Position numbers and translations under genes: made by a program. Shown here piece after piece: positions 30,525 to 41,140 of a DNA stretch of 64,000 nucleotides (positions are counted from its first letter, which is position 1; each line of letters begins with the position of its first letter). Under the pieces are notes generated by a model that saw nothing but the letters and a program-made list of their open reading frames with translations, searched no databases and had not been told where the DNA came from. Source of the DNA: a virus (Duplodnaviria; Heunggongvirae; Uroviricota; Caudoviricetes); IMG/VR virus record IMGVR_UViG_3300042564_000253; one strand, written 5' to 3'.

Positions 30525-31256
30525 TTATTCGTTTGTTTGTATTCTGTAAATTGAGCTTTGAACAGCACTTTGGTTTTCTGTATACATTGCCAAGTTTTGT
30601 ACTGTCAGATCTAATAGTTCATCTTCTAGGTATAGTTCAAGTTCACAATCCTGATCGAATGAGGGTAAGCCATCAAGCATGATATATCCTGTCTTATTTA
30701 TATATTGAGGATATCTCATGTAAGAGATATATATATCCTTAGGTGTAAATGTACCATCTGTAAATATAGAGATCTCATCAGAAGATATAAAGTTGAATGT
30801 CTCTTGGTATTCAAAAGAAGGTCTATAGTGGACATTGTTTAAGCAAAACTGTAAATCACCATGCTTAGCAAGATCTCTATTAATCCAAACCTTTCTATCT
30901 ATACATCTTCCTTTATCAGCTAATATATAACTATCTATGTAGAACATATACTGAGGTACAAGAAGATGGATATTTGCAAACCATTGATTTAGTTCAGCAT
31001 TCTTCAATACTAGAGGAAGAGGTTGGTGGTTGTAAGGCTGTACAAGACTTTGTAAGTCTTCGTAACGCTTCTTGAACGCATCCATGCCTAATCCAGAAAC
31101 TGTACTAAATCCATCAACCTTTTGCTTTATAAGCTTAATTTGAGCCTCATTCAACGCTAATATCTTATCTTCTACAGGAATCTCTTGATGCTCATTAGTG
31201 GATAGTTTATTTAGTTTCTGATCAATCTTATATAATAAACTATCTACTGGGATCAT
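30525..31256 (-). CDS. Hypothetical head-tail joining or structural protein, 243 aa.
   Basis: An ORF in the operon with an ATGA overlap to the upstream gene. Confidence 0.5.
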   Translation of the reverse strand: MIPVDSLLYKIDQKLNKLSTNEHQEIPVEDKILALNEAQIKLIKQKVDGFSTVSGLGMDAFKKRYEDLQSLVQPYNHQPLPLVLKNAELNQWFANIHLLVPQYMFYIDSYILADKGRCIDRKVWINRDLAKHGDLQFCLNNVHYRPSFEYQETFNFISSDEISIFTDGTFTPKDIYISYMRYPQYINKTGYIMLDGLPSFDQDCELELYLEDELLDLTVQNLAMYTENQSAVQSSIYRIQTNE

Positions 31257-32218
31257 ATTGCAGCTATTTTTTTACCTTTCAATTTACCTTCTAAAATTAA
31301 TAATTGGTCTTGGTTATCTTCATCTGCTAAGAACTTCACTAAGTCATCCTCATCAGTAGCTATCTCAAACTCACCTTCATAAATCTTACCATTTGGTTTA
31401 GCTCTATATACTGAATGAGCAACAGCTTGTTTGACCAAGTCTTTAATATGGAGTAAGTTTTCTTTCATATCTGCAAATCTACCAAACACTTCAATTGGAT
31501 TTAATCCTTGGTATTTGCCATTCTTGAATTCAGTTTGTTTCAATAGGTTATCCACCTGATTGTAAACTGTTTCTTCTTTGGAATCATCTGATACTGGAAG
31601 ACCAAGTAGACGAGCCACTTTCTTCTTCTTCTCAGGAGTCATACTATCAAACTTAACAATTGCTTTATTAATAAGTTGTTTCTTCTTAAACATCACCTTG
31701 TTCTCAATATCATCATCAGCAACGTAGTACTGAATGTCAGCAGGGAATTCACCACGCTCCCAAGCTTGGTAGCTAGAAGCAATTGTTGGATGAACTCTCA
31801 ACCATGAGAATGCTAACTCTTGTAATGGCAATGTAAAGTCAAAATAGTTATCACCATCTAACAACTTAACTGGTTGAACGTGCATAGAATCATCAACAGA
31901 AGTTGATAAGCCATAATTCCAGAATGTAGAACGAGGACTTAAGTCAGCACTTAATGCTGCTTCAAGTTTGTCCCTTAACTCTGTTACTCTTTCAGTTTCT
32001 AATTCCCTTTCTAAAGGGTCTTGAATTCTTTTGATATAACTAGCTTTAGGATCTAAGCCTGTTCTGTACTGTCCATCTAACTCTTTGTAAGGATACTTAA
32101 ATACACCTGTACCAGGGATTCTTGTGTAACCTTTCATTGCAAGTCCACCTTGCATTGTTTGCAATTGTGAATTGTTGTACTCTTTTTTAATAGTAGAGAT
32201 TTTTCCTATCTTACCCAT
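31253..32218 (-). CDS. Hypothetical structural protein, 321 aa.
   Basis: An ORF downstream of the capsid gene. Confidence 0.5.
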   Translation of the reverse strand: MGKIGKISTIKKEYNNSQLQTMQGGLAMKGYTRIPGTGVFKYPYKELDGQYRTGLDPKASYIKRIQDPLERELETERVTELRDKLEAALSADLSPRSTFWNYGLSTSVDDSMHVQPVKLLDGDNYFDFTLPLQELAFSWLRVHPTIASSYQAWERGEFPADIQYYVADDDIENKVMFKKKQLINKAIVKFDSMTPEKKKKVARLLGLPVSDDSKEETVYNQVDNLLKQTEFKNGKYQGLNPIEVFGRFADMKENLLHIKDLVKQAVAHSVYRAKPNGKIYEGEFEIATDEDDLVKFLADEDNQDQLLILEGKLKGKKIAAI

Positions 32219-32388
32219 ATGTAGTTGTTTTTTGTTGGTTTATTTGCAGATGGTTCCCATCGAAGGGAACACTGTAAGGCATGGAGCCTGTACATGTCCA
32301 TCTGTGTTAGAAGACTCCCCCACTGGGATGTGGGGGGGAATTCTTCTTTGTATTTGTAGAGCGTAGTTCTAACCTTGCTCTAGGTTTT

Positions 32389-33942
32389 TTAGAATTGTGG
32401 TATTTCCTCAATCAAGACTGTACGAGACAAATCTTCAATGAACACATCACAACGATCTTTCATCCAAATCTCATATCCAGGGAATTTGTTCGCAGAACTC
32501 ATACCTTGAGACTTAGCAAAGCCTAAGTGGTGACGAGTACCATCGATATAACCCCAAGTCATAGAAGGTGCACCCTTCATACGTACTTCACGAATATTGT
32601 TGATCATAGAACCATCAGACATTGGAGATACATCAAACACCATAAATACTGGAGTTGACTTCTTGTTTTGTCCAAATTCTAAGTTTGTTTGAGGTAAGTC
32701 TAATTCTTTCAAGTGAATTAATTCAACACGACCAGTCTCACGAGTTACCATTGCATCGAATGCAAAGTTGTAAGTGATATGTTGACCTTCACCTTGCATG
32801 TATCTGTTACCAGAATCAGCCATGAAAGTAAGACCAGAATTCAAAGCATCTGTTTTTAAAGCTTGTTGGAATACGTCAAAGCCAGCTTCATTAGTGTACA
32901 TTTTAACACGTCTGTCTTTAACATCCACACGTCTGTAGAATAAGTCACCAAATACAGAACGAATCAAGTTAGCTGTAAACTCACCACGATTGTATTGTAC
33001 TAAGTTACCATTGTTACGCATTCTGTGATATACACCAGCAGAAGTACGCTTTAATTCTTGCTTAGAACCATTAGTCTTCACAGTTCCAGGACGAGCCCAG
33101 ATCATACGCTTAACTTTTAATTCTAACATAGACTTACGCATCCAGAACTCAATAAATGGTTCCCACTTAACATCATTACGAGTTAAAGGTAATTGGTTAC
33201 GTCTTTGAGGAGCATATACTAAGATATCTAAAGGTTTGCCAGAAGCATCTCTCATCATCTTGTCATCAGCCCACTCAGTGATTTTGTGCTCATAACCATA
33301 TGCAGAACCTAAAGATTCAAACATTGTGATTTGCTCACCTAAACGAGGAAGACCTAATAAGTCTTGATCGAACTCACCAATAGCAGCATCAACTAACTCT
33401 AATTCCACACCCACTTGCAAGAAGATAGGGCTTACGAAATCAACAGTTGGGTTGTCACTTACTAAATTGAAAGTGTATAAGTATCCAACGTTCCAAGGAA
33501 CTGGATCTTTTACTACGTAGAAACGTGGACCATATTGACGTGTACCTACAGAGATAATTGCGTTCTTAGAAAATTCATTAGTGTCAATGATTAATTGAAA
33601 CTCTTGACCATCGATACCAGGCTTGGATAACTCCAAAGTGCTAGTAGGAACGTCAATGATTTTTGGGAACTTGTAAGGTACTTGTACCTGCCATTTCCAA
33701 GCATCACTATTATTGTCGATATAGTAAGGTGTGCTCTTGTTAATCATGTCCAAGAAGTCATTACTATAAAGAGAACTCTGAGTGTACAAGCTGATGATTT
33801 TCTTATCATAATCAGCAGGCTCAGTTGAGTGAAAGCTCTCTAGATGGTTTGAGTCAGTCAATTTACCTACTGCACGCTTGTCCATAGAAGCTACTCTAGC
33901 ATAGGTAAAACCAGTTAAACCTGGGATTGTTTGAATTGCCAT
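32389..33942 (-). CDS. Putative major capsid protein, 517 aa.
   Basis: It sits in the canonical terminase-portal-scaffold-capsid order, right after the acidic scaffold-like gene. A structured intergenic region follows. Confidence 0.55.
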   Translation of the reverse strand: MAIQTIPGLTGFTYARVASMDKRAVGKLTDSNHLESFHSTEPADYDKKIISLYTQSSLYSNDFLDMINKSTPYYIDNNSDAWKWQVQVPYKFPKIIDVPTSTLELSKPGIDGQEFQLIIDTNEFSKNAIISVGTRQYGPRFYVVKDPVPWNVGYLYTFNLVSDNPTVDFVSPIFLQVGVELELVDAAIGEFDQDLLGLPRLGEQITMFESLGSAYGYEHKITEWADDKMMRDASGKPLDILVYAPQRRNQLPLTRNDVKWEPFIEFWMRKSMLELKVKRMIWARPGTVKTNGSKQELKRTSAGVYHRMRNNGNLVQYNRGEFTANLIRSVFGDLFYRRVDVKDRRVKMYTNEAGFDVFQQALKTDALNSGLTFMADSGNRYMQGEGQHITYNFAFDAMVTRETGRVELIHLKELDLPQTNLEFGQNKKSTPVFMVFDVSPMSDGSMINNIREVRMKGAPSMTWGYIDGTRHHLGFAKSQGMSSANKFPGYEIWMKDRCDVFIEDLSRTVLIEEIPQF

Positions 33943-33978
33943 TTGTTATCCTTTTTTAATTTTTGTTATATAAATTGT

Positions 33979-35256
33979 TTATTGAAACCAAGAATTGGAT
34001 TTAGTGATTGGTTTAGATTTCACTGAACTCTTCTGGGCTTGTCTGGCAACTTCACCAAATAATTCATTAGACTTTTTGGTGATACCTGTCTTTTGAATAG
34101 TAGATAATGTAGGATCTTTCTCCATTATCTTCATGATCAACGCAAGCTTTACTTTGGTTGCATGATTCTCAGGACGTTTCAGCTCCAGAATTGTACGATC
34201 AAAATCAGTGAGAGTCTCACCTGAATTTGTTTTGTACTTGTCTGTTACTAGGAAATCTTGTAGTTCACCAGCTAATTTAGTGTTAATTGGTATGCCATCA
34301 AATTCTTTAGCTTTAATCTTCTCTTGTAAAACATTGTTTACATTCTGTAAGTATTGTTGCTTGATGGCTTGTTGCTGTTGTAATTGGACCTCTTTTTGTT
34401 GCTCCATTTGTTGAAGCTTTTGGCCTTCTTTCTTTATTAGAACCTTATGATGTTTAGCAGCAACACTTTCTAAATCACCATAGTTTTTTAATCTTTCTAC
34501 TTCTGTTATAACATCTTCAGGCTCAAATCCTTGATCAGTCAAAGCTTGTTTAATAACAGCCACTTGATTGTTCTCTTGAGTTAAGTCCATTTCAGCAAAA
34601 GATTGTATTTGGCTAAATGCACCAAAGTAATCTTTAGGATCAACTCCTTTTACAAATATGGCATCAAATGCTTTTTGATAATCTTCTCCAAACTGTCCAA
34701 TGAAATTATCTACAATTTCAATAGCTCCTTTTTTCTTTTCTGCTTGGAAGCGTTCTAAGAATGCTTCAGGAGTATCTATTGGAGTTTCTTCTTCTTCATC
34801 CTCTTTAGAGAAAACACCTAGTTTGAAAAGGTCATTTGATAATGCAGTGAATTGACTCTCAGGAGCTCCTTCTTCATCATCATTATTATCTTTACTATCT
34901 TCTTGATTATCAGCAGGTTGCGTAGCTTTTTTAGCTGGTGCAGTTGCTGGTTCGTCATCTTCACCATCCTCATCATCATCTTCACCATATAAGAAATCTT
35001 GAATCCCTTTAATAGGTTCGTCTTTCTTATCTTCTGCAGGATCTGCAGGATCTGGGATAGCGTGTTGCTTAGAAGTAGTTTTCTTTGTTGGAGCAGGAGC
35101 AGGTTCATCTTTGATGTCATGAATGTCATCAGGATTAGATGTAGCACTTTCAGGAGACATTAAATCATTTAATAACTCTTGGTTGCCCATACCCATGTCC
35201 ATAGTATCTTGAATACTAAAGTTGCCTATTTGAGGCATATCTAGATTTTCAGCCAT
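33979..35256 (-). CDS. Putative scaffolding protein, 425 aa, highly acidic with a coiled-coil-like segment.
   Basis: D/E-rich N-terminal half (EDDDEDGEDDEP...) and a Q/E/K-rich helical stretch (QQMEQQKEVQLQQQQAIKQQ). It lies between portal and capsid. Confidence 0.5.
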   Translation of the reverse strand: MAENLDMPQIGNFSIQDTMDMGMGNQELLNDLMSPESATSNPDDIHDIKDEPAPAPTKKTTSKQHAIPDPADPAEDKKDEPIKGIQDFLYGEDDDEDGEDDEPATAPAKKATQPADNQEDSKDNNDDEEGAPESQFTALSNDLFKLGVFSKEDEEEETPIDTPEAFLERFQAEKKKGAIEIVDNFIGQFGEDYQKAFDAIFVKGVDPKDYFGAFSQIQSFAEMDLTQENNQVAVIKQALTDQGFEPEDVITEVERLKNYGDLESVAAKHHKVLIKKEGQKLQQMEQQKEVQLQQQQAIKQQYLQNVNNVLQEKIKAKEFDGIPINTKLAGELQDFLVTDKYKTNSGETLTDFDRTILELKRPENHATKVKLALIMKIMEKDPTLSTIQKTGITKKSNELFGEVARQAQKSSVKSKPITKSNSWFQ

Positions 35257-35374
35257 ATGTAGTTGTATTTATTTGGTTTTCAATGTAAAAGTATATCAAG
35301 TTAAATTAACAGCAAAGAGACAAGGCTCTATATAGGCTATTATTCAATATAATATAGCATTAATATTTTTTACT

Positions 35375-35905
35375 CTAATCTAATTTGTTAGTAAAATTGT
35401 CATTTATAAGCCTATAGCTTCTTATTGGAGCAAGATCTGTAAGCGTAACTTGTTGAACTTCAACTCCCCACTTGCGTGCTTCCACCCTAACTTTCTTTGT
35501 CAAAATATTATCAAGCTCAGAATCTGTACACTCTTCTAAGGTCATGGACATAATAATATTTTTTATAATGCTTTGAGACATGTCTGACAGGGCATCCTGT
35601 GCATCATAGACTTCTAGTAAGAATATCTTAACATCTGCTATCTTATATTTGACAAGTCCTTTGACTACAATATTTTGCTTATCCTTTGTATATAAAGATT
35701 GAGCATCAAGACTAAGTGTTGTTACCACTACGTGTTGATCAATCACCTCATCAAAGAAAGGAATCTTAAAGTGTATACCTGGTAGTAACACTTGATTAAA
35801 CTTTCCAAATCTAAGGAGTACAGCTTGTTCGTAGTCTCTGATAATGATAAATGGTAGAATGTGATTCCACCATTCAATCAATACCTCAATCAGTTTATCA
35901 AACAT
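35375..35905 (-). CDS. SPFH/Band-7 (stomatin/prohibitin-like) domain protein, 176 aa.
   Basis: AVLLRFGKFNQVLLPGIHFKIPFFDEV...LDAQSLYTKDKQNI.V...V.YKIAD...DA.DAL......I......MTLEE matches the SPFH core. Its start overlaps the portal stop in an ATGA. Confidence 0.6.
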   Translation of the reverse strand: MFDKLIEVLIEWWNHILPFIIIRDYEQAVLLRFGKFNQVLLPGIHFKIPFFDEVIDQHVVVTTLSLDAQSLYTKDKQNIVVKGLVKYKIADVKIFLLEVYDAQDALSDMSQSIIKNIIMSMTLEECTDSELDNILTKKVRVEARKWGVEVQQVTLTDLAPIRSYRLINDNFTNKLD

Positions 35906-38490
35906 TATTTAGGTTTTTTAGTAGCTCTTCCTTTAGCGTTTTCTTTAGCAACAGCTAAGTCATTTGCTTGGTTATCTCGTGCCACTTGTAGTTTCTCTTT
36001 CTCTAATTGTAACTTCTCAGCAGCAAGTCTATTCTTAGTCATATTATCTTGCATCTTCATTTGATAATCTCTTGAAGCACTTTCTTTTTGTAATCCTATC
36101 TTTTCAATTTCTAGAACATCAGGAGAGCCAGATTTATCTACATCAGACAATGGACCTGCTTTAGATTCAGCTGCAATAAGAGCAATCTCTTTCTTATTGA
36201 TTCTATCAAGCTCAGCTTGGTAGTTATCATTAGCTATCTTCTCCTCAGATTGTTGTTGAGCCATTTGAAGTTGAGCTTGAGCTTGTTGTTGCTGTTGTTC
36301 AAGTTCTTGTTGCTTTTGTTGCATTTGAGTATTTTGTAATTGCTCTTGTCTCTCCTTAAGTGTCTTAAATACCTTCTTCATTTGTCTCATGGAGTTAGTA
36401 CTGTAAAGCTCAATTACATCATGTAAAGATCCACCATTTTGTAGAACTGCTTGAGACAATCCTCTGATTTCTTCAAATGCTTTTCTATCTTCAGGTCTGT
36501 TAGTTAAATATACTTTTAGATCTCTGAATCTTAAGTCTGTACCATTTACAGTTACAAAAGCAGATTCTCCTTGATTAGTAATATAAGATATAGTTGATTG
36601 TGGTTTCTTAGCTTCTACATATAAAGCTGCATCAATAACAGCTTGATATAACTGACCCATAATATATTCATGTGCTACAAACAAAGGTTCTGTTTGAGAA
36701 TAAGATTGTGTAATAGCTGCATTGGTACCTGTAGCTGATTCACTAGCAGACACAGATCCAAGTCTTTGCTTAGACATACCAATTAATTCCCAACATTCAT
36801 TCTTGATTTGTTGTGCTAGAGTATATCTTGCTTGGATCTCTGTAGTACGTGTAAGATCTAAGCTTGTATATTGGTTGAAACTAGATGGACTCTTTAAGTT
36901 CTCAGGACTATCATCTACAAATACCACACCTCTATTACGTGCTTCCATTTCCCAGATATCTAATGCATCTTGAGCATCACCATCCTTAGGAATAGGAATA
37001 TGTCTAATAGACATTAATTGTACCTTACCCACTTCCTTCTCAAGTAACTTATATAATTGGTTCATACAAACATTGTATATAACTTGGAAAGGTTTCATCA
37101 TATCTACTAAGCTCTTAGCTTCTGTATTCTTAACTTCAAATGTTTGACCTATTATAGGACAATAAGGTAATAACTTATAAGGTTTAACATGATAGATATC
37201 TGGACCAATTTTAATACCTTGGTACCATTGATTAATCCATCCCCACTCTAATGATTCTTGTGTAGGAAGAGTGCCTGACTTATAGTTTTCATCTACAAGT
37301 AAAGACTGCTCATTTCCCATCTCATCTGTATAGATTACTTTACCTATCTTCTTTTTAGAAATCCAATACGCTCTAACCACTACATACTTATAACCAAATG
37401 AAGATACATTAGATGTAAGTCCTAAGAAGTCCTTAAGACCATCATTGTTCTCTTTCATTTCTGATTCAATAAGCATTCTAGTCTGTAAGACTAATGGATC
37501 AAATGTATCGTATTGGATAGAGTCATTGCCTGGAACAGCATTAGGATTACCTAAGTTAGATTCACGTACATTGATTAATCCATAGTCTTGTAATGAACTA
37601 CGTAAGTGATCTATTTCATCTTTAGTTAAGTCTGGAATAGCTTCAATGATTTCAGATAATTCTAACACTTGTACAGTACCAGCAGCATATGCTCCTTGTG
37701 CTCTACCAGTTGTATCAGATATCCATTTTCTATCAGGGGTAGTTAAGAACCAAGTGTTCTTTGGATTAGCTACTTCTATATTAAATCCTAGCTTAGAGTT
37801 GTCCTCATAGATATGAAAGAACTCTCTAGCAGATATCAATAAGTCTCTAAATGAATCTTCTCCTTTTTCTTTAAGATTAAATTCAATCTTTTGAGCTGAA
37901 AGAATATGATTTGCCCATTTCTCTGCTACAGATGTATAGTTATCTATTTCATCTTTCACTTGTTCCATGGTCATTTGATCTAACTCTTCAGGATCAATTT
38001 CTTGACCTTGAGCCATTGCTTGTTCTTCTATCTTTTGTTTTGCTTGATTAATTACATATTCATTTAGTATCTGAGTCTTAAATTGTAACTCTTCAGCTTG
38101 ACTATCATCATCAAATGCTTTTACTAGGAAAGCATCAGGTCGCTTTGATATTTCTCCTACTAACTCGTTAATAGGAGTGGTCATTATAGAATAATGTTTT
38201 ACATAAGCAGGAAGTTCAAGATCTGATGTAAGTACATCTGTAAAACTTCTAACTTCTGGTTCTACAAAGAAATCTTCTCTTCTTAAAATACCTTTAACAA
38301 GATCATAGTTTTTTACAAATGTATCTCTAGCTTTGACGTACTCCGCATACGCTTTGTTTGCAAAGTAGTCCATTGTATTCTTAATCCAGCTTTCATCCAT
38401 CTTTTCCTTCTCAGTTTTAAACTGATCAGGGAAGATATTCAGATAAGCATATCTTATTGTTGCGTCTTTTGTGTACCTTATAATTGCCAT
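35905..38490 (-). CDS. Putative portal protein, 861 aa.
   Basis: A large ORF immediately downstream of, and overlapping, the terminase large subunit. It has a Q-rich coiled-coil C-terminus. The size is typical of crAss-like portals. Confidence 0.6.
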   Translation of the reverse strand: MAIIRYTKDATIRYAYLNIFPDQFKTEKEKMDESWIKNTMDYFANKAYAEYVKARDTFVKNYDLVKGILRREDFFVEPEVRSFTDVLTSDLELPAYVKHYSIMTTPINELVGEISKRPDAFLVKAFDDDSQAEELQFKTQILNEYVINQAKQKIEEQAMAQGQEIDPEELDQMTMEQVKDEIDNYTSVAEKWANHILSAQKIEFNLKEKGEDSFRDLLISAREFFHIYEDNSKLGFNIEVANPKNTWFLTTPDRKWISDTTGRAQGAYAAGTVQVLELSEIIEAIPDLTKDEIDHLRSSLQDYGLINVRESNLGNPNAVPGNDSIQYDTFDPLVLQTRMLIESEMKENNDGLKDFLGLTSNVSSFGYKYVVVRAYWISKKKIGKVIYTDEMGNEQSLLVDENYKSGTLPTQESLEWGWINQWYQGIKIGPDIYHVKPYKLLPYCPIIGQTFEVKNTEAKSLVDMMKPFQVIYNVCMNQLYKLLEKEVGKVQLMSIRHIPIPKDGDAQDALDIWEMEARNRGVVFVDDSPENLKSPSSFNQYTSLDLTRTTEIQARYTLAQQIKNECWELIGMSKQRLGSVSASESATGTNAAITQSYSQTEPLFVAHEYIMGQLYQAVIDAALYVEAKKPQSTISYITNQGESAFVTVNGTDLRFRDLKVYLTNRPEDRKAFEEIRGLSQAVLQNGGSLHDVIELYSTNSMRQMKKVFKTLKERQEQLQNTQMQQKQQELEQQQQQAQAQLQMAQQQSEEKIANDNYQAELDRINKKEIALIAAESKAGPLSDVDKSGSPDVLEIEKIGLQKESASRDYQMKMQDNMTKNRLAAEKLQLEKEKLQVARDNQANDLAVAKENAKGRATKKPK

Positions 38491-40529
38491 TATGAAAACA
38501 ATTTATTTCGTTTATATTTATTTTTTGATTGTCCAAACATGTTATTTCTAGAGTCAGTGAAGAGTATGTTTCCTCTCTTCTTCTTAAACATAGAAGCAAC
38601 TCGTTCATCACCTGTTCCACCTATCTTACCCATAATTGGGTCCATCTTCAAAGCTTGTGCTATGGCTAACTCTGCAGCTATGATTCTATCAAAGTTACCT
38701 TGATCATTGTATTGAATAATCTCTTCAAGCAATACAGGATCAAATATCTTACTCACACCTAACACTTCTCTAATCACTTCACCTGCATCATTCTTCTCTA
38801 CAAATATTGGAGCTTCCATATACTTCTTTAAACAAGTGTGAAGATAGTCAATTATCTTCTGACTTGAACGATGAATACCATAATCTCTTTTAACTGTAGT
38901 GTTTGGTACAATCTCTTTCAACCATTCAGGTTGTCTTTCTAAAAAGTGAGCATCTCCTTTAGCTTTCATATATTCAATAAAGGATATATCATCATTCTCA
39001 CAAAGAGCTCTAGCATTATAATACTTTATAAGAAGTCTAGCTTGTTCTTCCCAAGTTTCTTTCTTATCAGGTCTTGCACAATACGAAGCTACGAACATAT
39101 CTTGATACTTCTCACCACTAATTTCATGCATCCTCTTATATATGTATACAGATCCAAGCGAAGTTGAATATGCAGACTTACCTTGTCTATATGGATCGAC
39201 TCCTGCTACGTACAATCCATAAGGTGGATTATCTATAGGAAATTCATATATAACTACAGGTGCTTCTTTTAAGTCTGAGTTCTTTAGAGGGAAGTTAGAA
39301 ATAGGAAGCTTATCTGTAAATTCATGCTCTATACCAGTCTCTCCAGAAAATAATATAACTGGAGTTCCTGTTCTTTCTTGTTGTAACAACCTAGACTTCT
39401 GTCTCTTAGCACTCTCAATATCAAATATATTTGTGTCCTCGTTTAAGAAGATATCATCTACTTCTTGAGGATAGTACATCTTTTCTTTTAGATAGGCAAT
39501 ACGATCACCAGCTTTCTTAAGTCTTTCTAAATCTCTATTAGTAATTTCTGTAGCCTTATCTTCATTACTTACAAGCATTTTAACATTGTGTAAATCAGAT
39601 TTACCTGATATGTTTAAATATGCTGCTAGTGTAGAATCCTCCTTTGCCTCCATTCTATATTTATGGGAGATAAACAACCCATGTATACGTTTGTCATCTT
39701 TAGCATTATTATATGTAAGGAAATTAAAGTTATCTACGTCAAACATCAAGCTTTTGGCATCCATGAATTTCTTCATGTCACCACCTGTACCAGTAAGAAT
39801 GGGACTACATCCCCAGCCATAGGGTGTAGTGAAACCTGGAATAGCAGCTTGTAAGCCTCTAAGAAAATTCCCTTTACCAATCTCATCTATAATTAATTTA
39901 CGTGGTTTTGTACCTGCAATTGCCTCTTCATTATTACCTTCATCAAGGTTACGTATTAGAATGGAAGAGAATGGGATACGTTCACCAGACTTGGTCTTTA
40001 TACCTAGAGTCACTTGGTTCTTCCAGTTATCCTCAATTCTCTGCCACCTCCAATACTCAGGAATGAAATTCAATCCTTTGTCAATCTTATCAGTAATCAG
40101 TTTTATATCTGGGGCATTTAAGCCTGCTATGATATTCTGACTGTTTTCATCAAAGGTCGCACCCCATGCAATATAGGATGCTTCTAAAACTGACTTGGCA
40201 AAACGTCTAATACCTAGAATGACTAAGCCCCTCTTTTCTTGTTGAGCTCTGTCAATTTCGTTCGTCACAAGCCATTCATTATCTCTCAATAGGGGATTGG
40301 CATATTTCTGTGCAATCCTCCCATAACTATCTATTATATCTACTTCTGTATGCCATATATTAAGGTGCCAGTAAAGGAAAGGATTAATATAAGTTCCTCC
40401 CATCATGGCTCCATTTAAGCATAGCTCTCTGTGAAAGTCAAAGAATGGCTTACATTCCTGAGACTCTTTATCAGGAATACGCTTCTGATTTATAAACCAG
40501 TCTTTGTAGTCTATACTTTGTAGTTCCAT
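38490..40529 (-). CDS. terL: Terminase large subunit, 679 aa.
   Basis: ATPase Walker A variant GIRRFAKS, Walker B LIIDEIG, and a nuclease-domain acidic motif VAGVDPY. Confidence 0.8.
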   Translation of the reverse strand: MELQSIDYKDWFINQKRIPDKESQECKPFFDFHRELCLNGAMMGGTYINPFLYWHLNIWHTEVDIIDSYGRIAQKYANPLLRDNEWLVTNEIDRAQQEKRGLVILGIRRFAKSVLEASYIAWGATFDENSQNIIAGLNAPDIKLITDKIDKGLNFIPEYWRWQRIEDNWKNQVTLGIKTKSGERIPFSSILIRNLDEGNNEEAIAGTKPRKLIIDEIGKGNFLRGLQAAIPGFTTPYGWGCSPILTGTGGDMKKFMDAKSLMFDVDNFNFLTYNNAKDDKRIHGLFISHKYRMEAKEDSTLAAYLNISGKSDLHNVKMLVSNEDKATEITNRDLERLKKAGDRIAYLKEKMYYPQEVDDIFLNEDTNIFDIESAKRQKSRLLQQERTGTPVILFSGETGIEHEFTDKLPISNFPLKNSDLKEAPVVIYEFPIDNPPYGLYVAGVDPYRQGKSAYSTSLGSVYIYKRMHEISGEKYQDMFVASYCARPDKKETWEEQARLLIKYYNARALCENDDISFIEYMKAKGDAHFLERQPEWLKEIVPNTTVKRDYGIHRSSQKIIDYLHTCLKKYMEAPIFVEKNDAGEVIREVLGVSKIFDPVLLEEIIQYNDQGNFDRIIAAELAIAQALKMDPIMGKIGGTGDERVASMFKKKRGNILFTDSRNNMFGQSKNKYKRNKLFS

Positions 40530-40861
40530 TATTTTCTATTTGCTAAGAACTCAGCAGCAGCTCCTGACAACTCACCTTTACCTCTCACTTCCACCTTAGC
40601 TTCTTCCATGTTTCTTAGCTTATCTACCACCTCTATCAATGCTAGATAGTTTTTCATTGTCTCTTGGACAAATTTACCTTGAGCTTCAATAGATGCTATC
40701 ACCATAGGTAATAGTCCTCCTTTTGCTGTAGGTTTCCACTCAATCCTATCTTTTAATTCATGTAGTGGGTTAGCATTCACATAAGCTTTCCATGAAACGA
40801 GTTGTGACTCAGCCCATTCAAGCTCTGTATTTACGTATGTAGTTTTTTTAATAGTTGCCAT
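40529..40861 (-). CDS. Possible terminase small subunit or DNA-packaging accessory protein, about 110 aa.
   Basis: A small basic/helical ORF directly upstream of and overlapping terL. I place the start at the internal MATIKK Met (40861). Confidence 0.35.
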   Translation of the reverse strand: MATIKKTTYVNTELEWAESQLVSWKAYVNANPLHELKDRIEWKPTAKGGLLPMVIASIEAQGKFVQETMKNYLALIEVVDKLRNMEEAKVEVRGKGELSGAAAEFLANRK

Positions 40862-41135
40862 CTTCTTCTTCCTCCTCCTTAAGGATATTATCAAGGTCCA
40901 TGCCTTCTTTAATTATTTTTTCAAGTTCAGAGTCATCTGTGTGTGGGACATCCATCTCAATCTCGCTCTTATATTTACTTAGAGCAAAAGCAAGTTCTTT
41001 ATCTGTTATACCCCAGATATCACCATAATCTGCAAGAGCTGTAGCTAGATGTCTTCCAATATTGTATGTTGGAAAGTCAGCATGTAGTTCTTGTAGTATA
41101 TTAATGACTTCTGTATAGTGAGTCTTTTTACTCAT
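40848..41135 (-). CDS. Small acidic hypothetical protein, 95 aa.
   Basis: An ORF in the operon. Confidence 0.4.
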   Translation of the reverse strand: MSKKTHYTEVINILQELHADFPTYNIGRHLATALADYGDIWGITDKELAFALSKYKSEIEMDVPHTDDSELEKIIKEGMDLDNILKEEEEEDGNY

Positions 41136-41140
41136 TAGTT

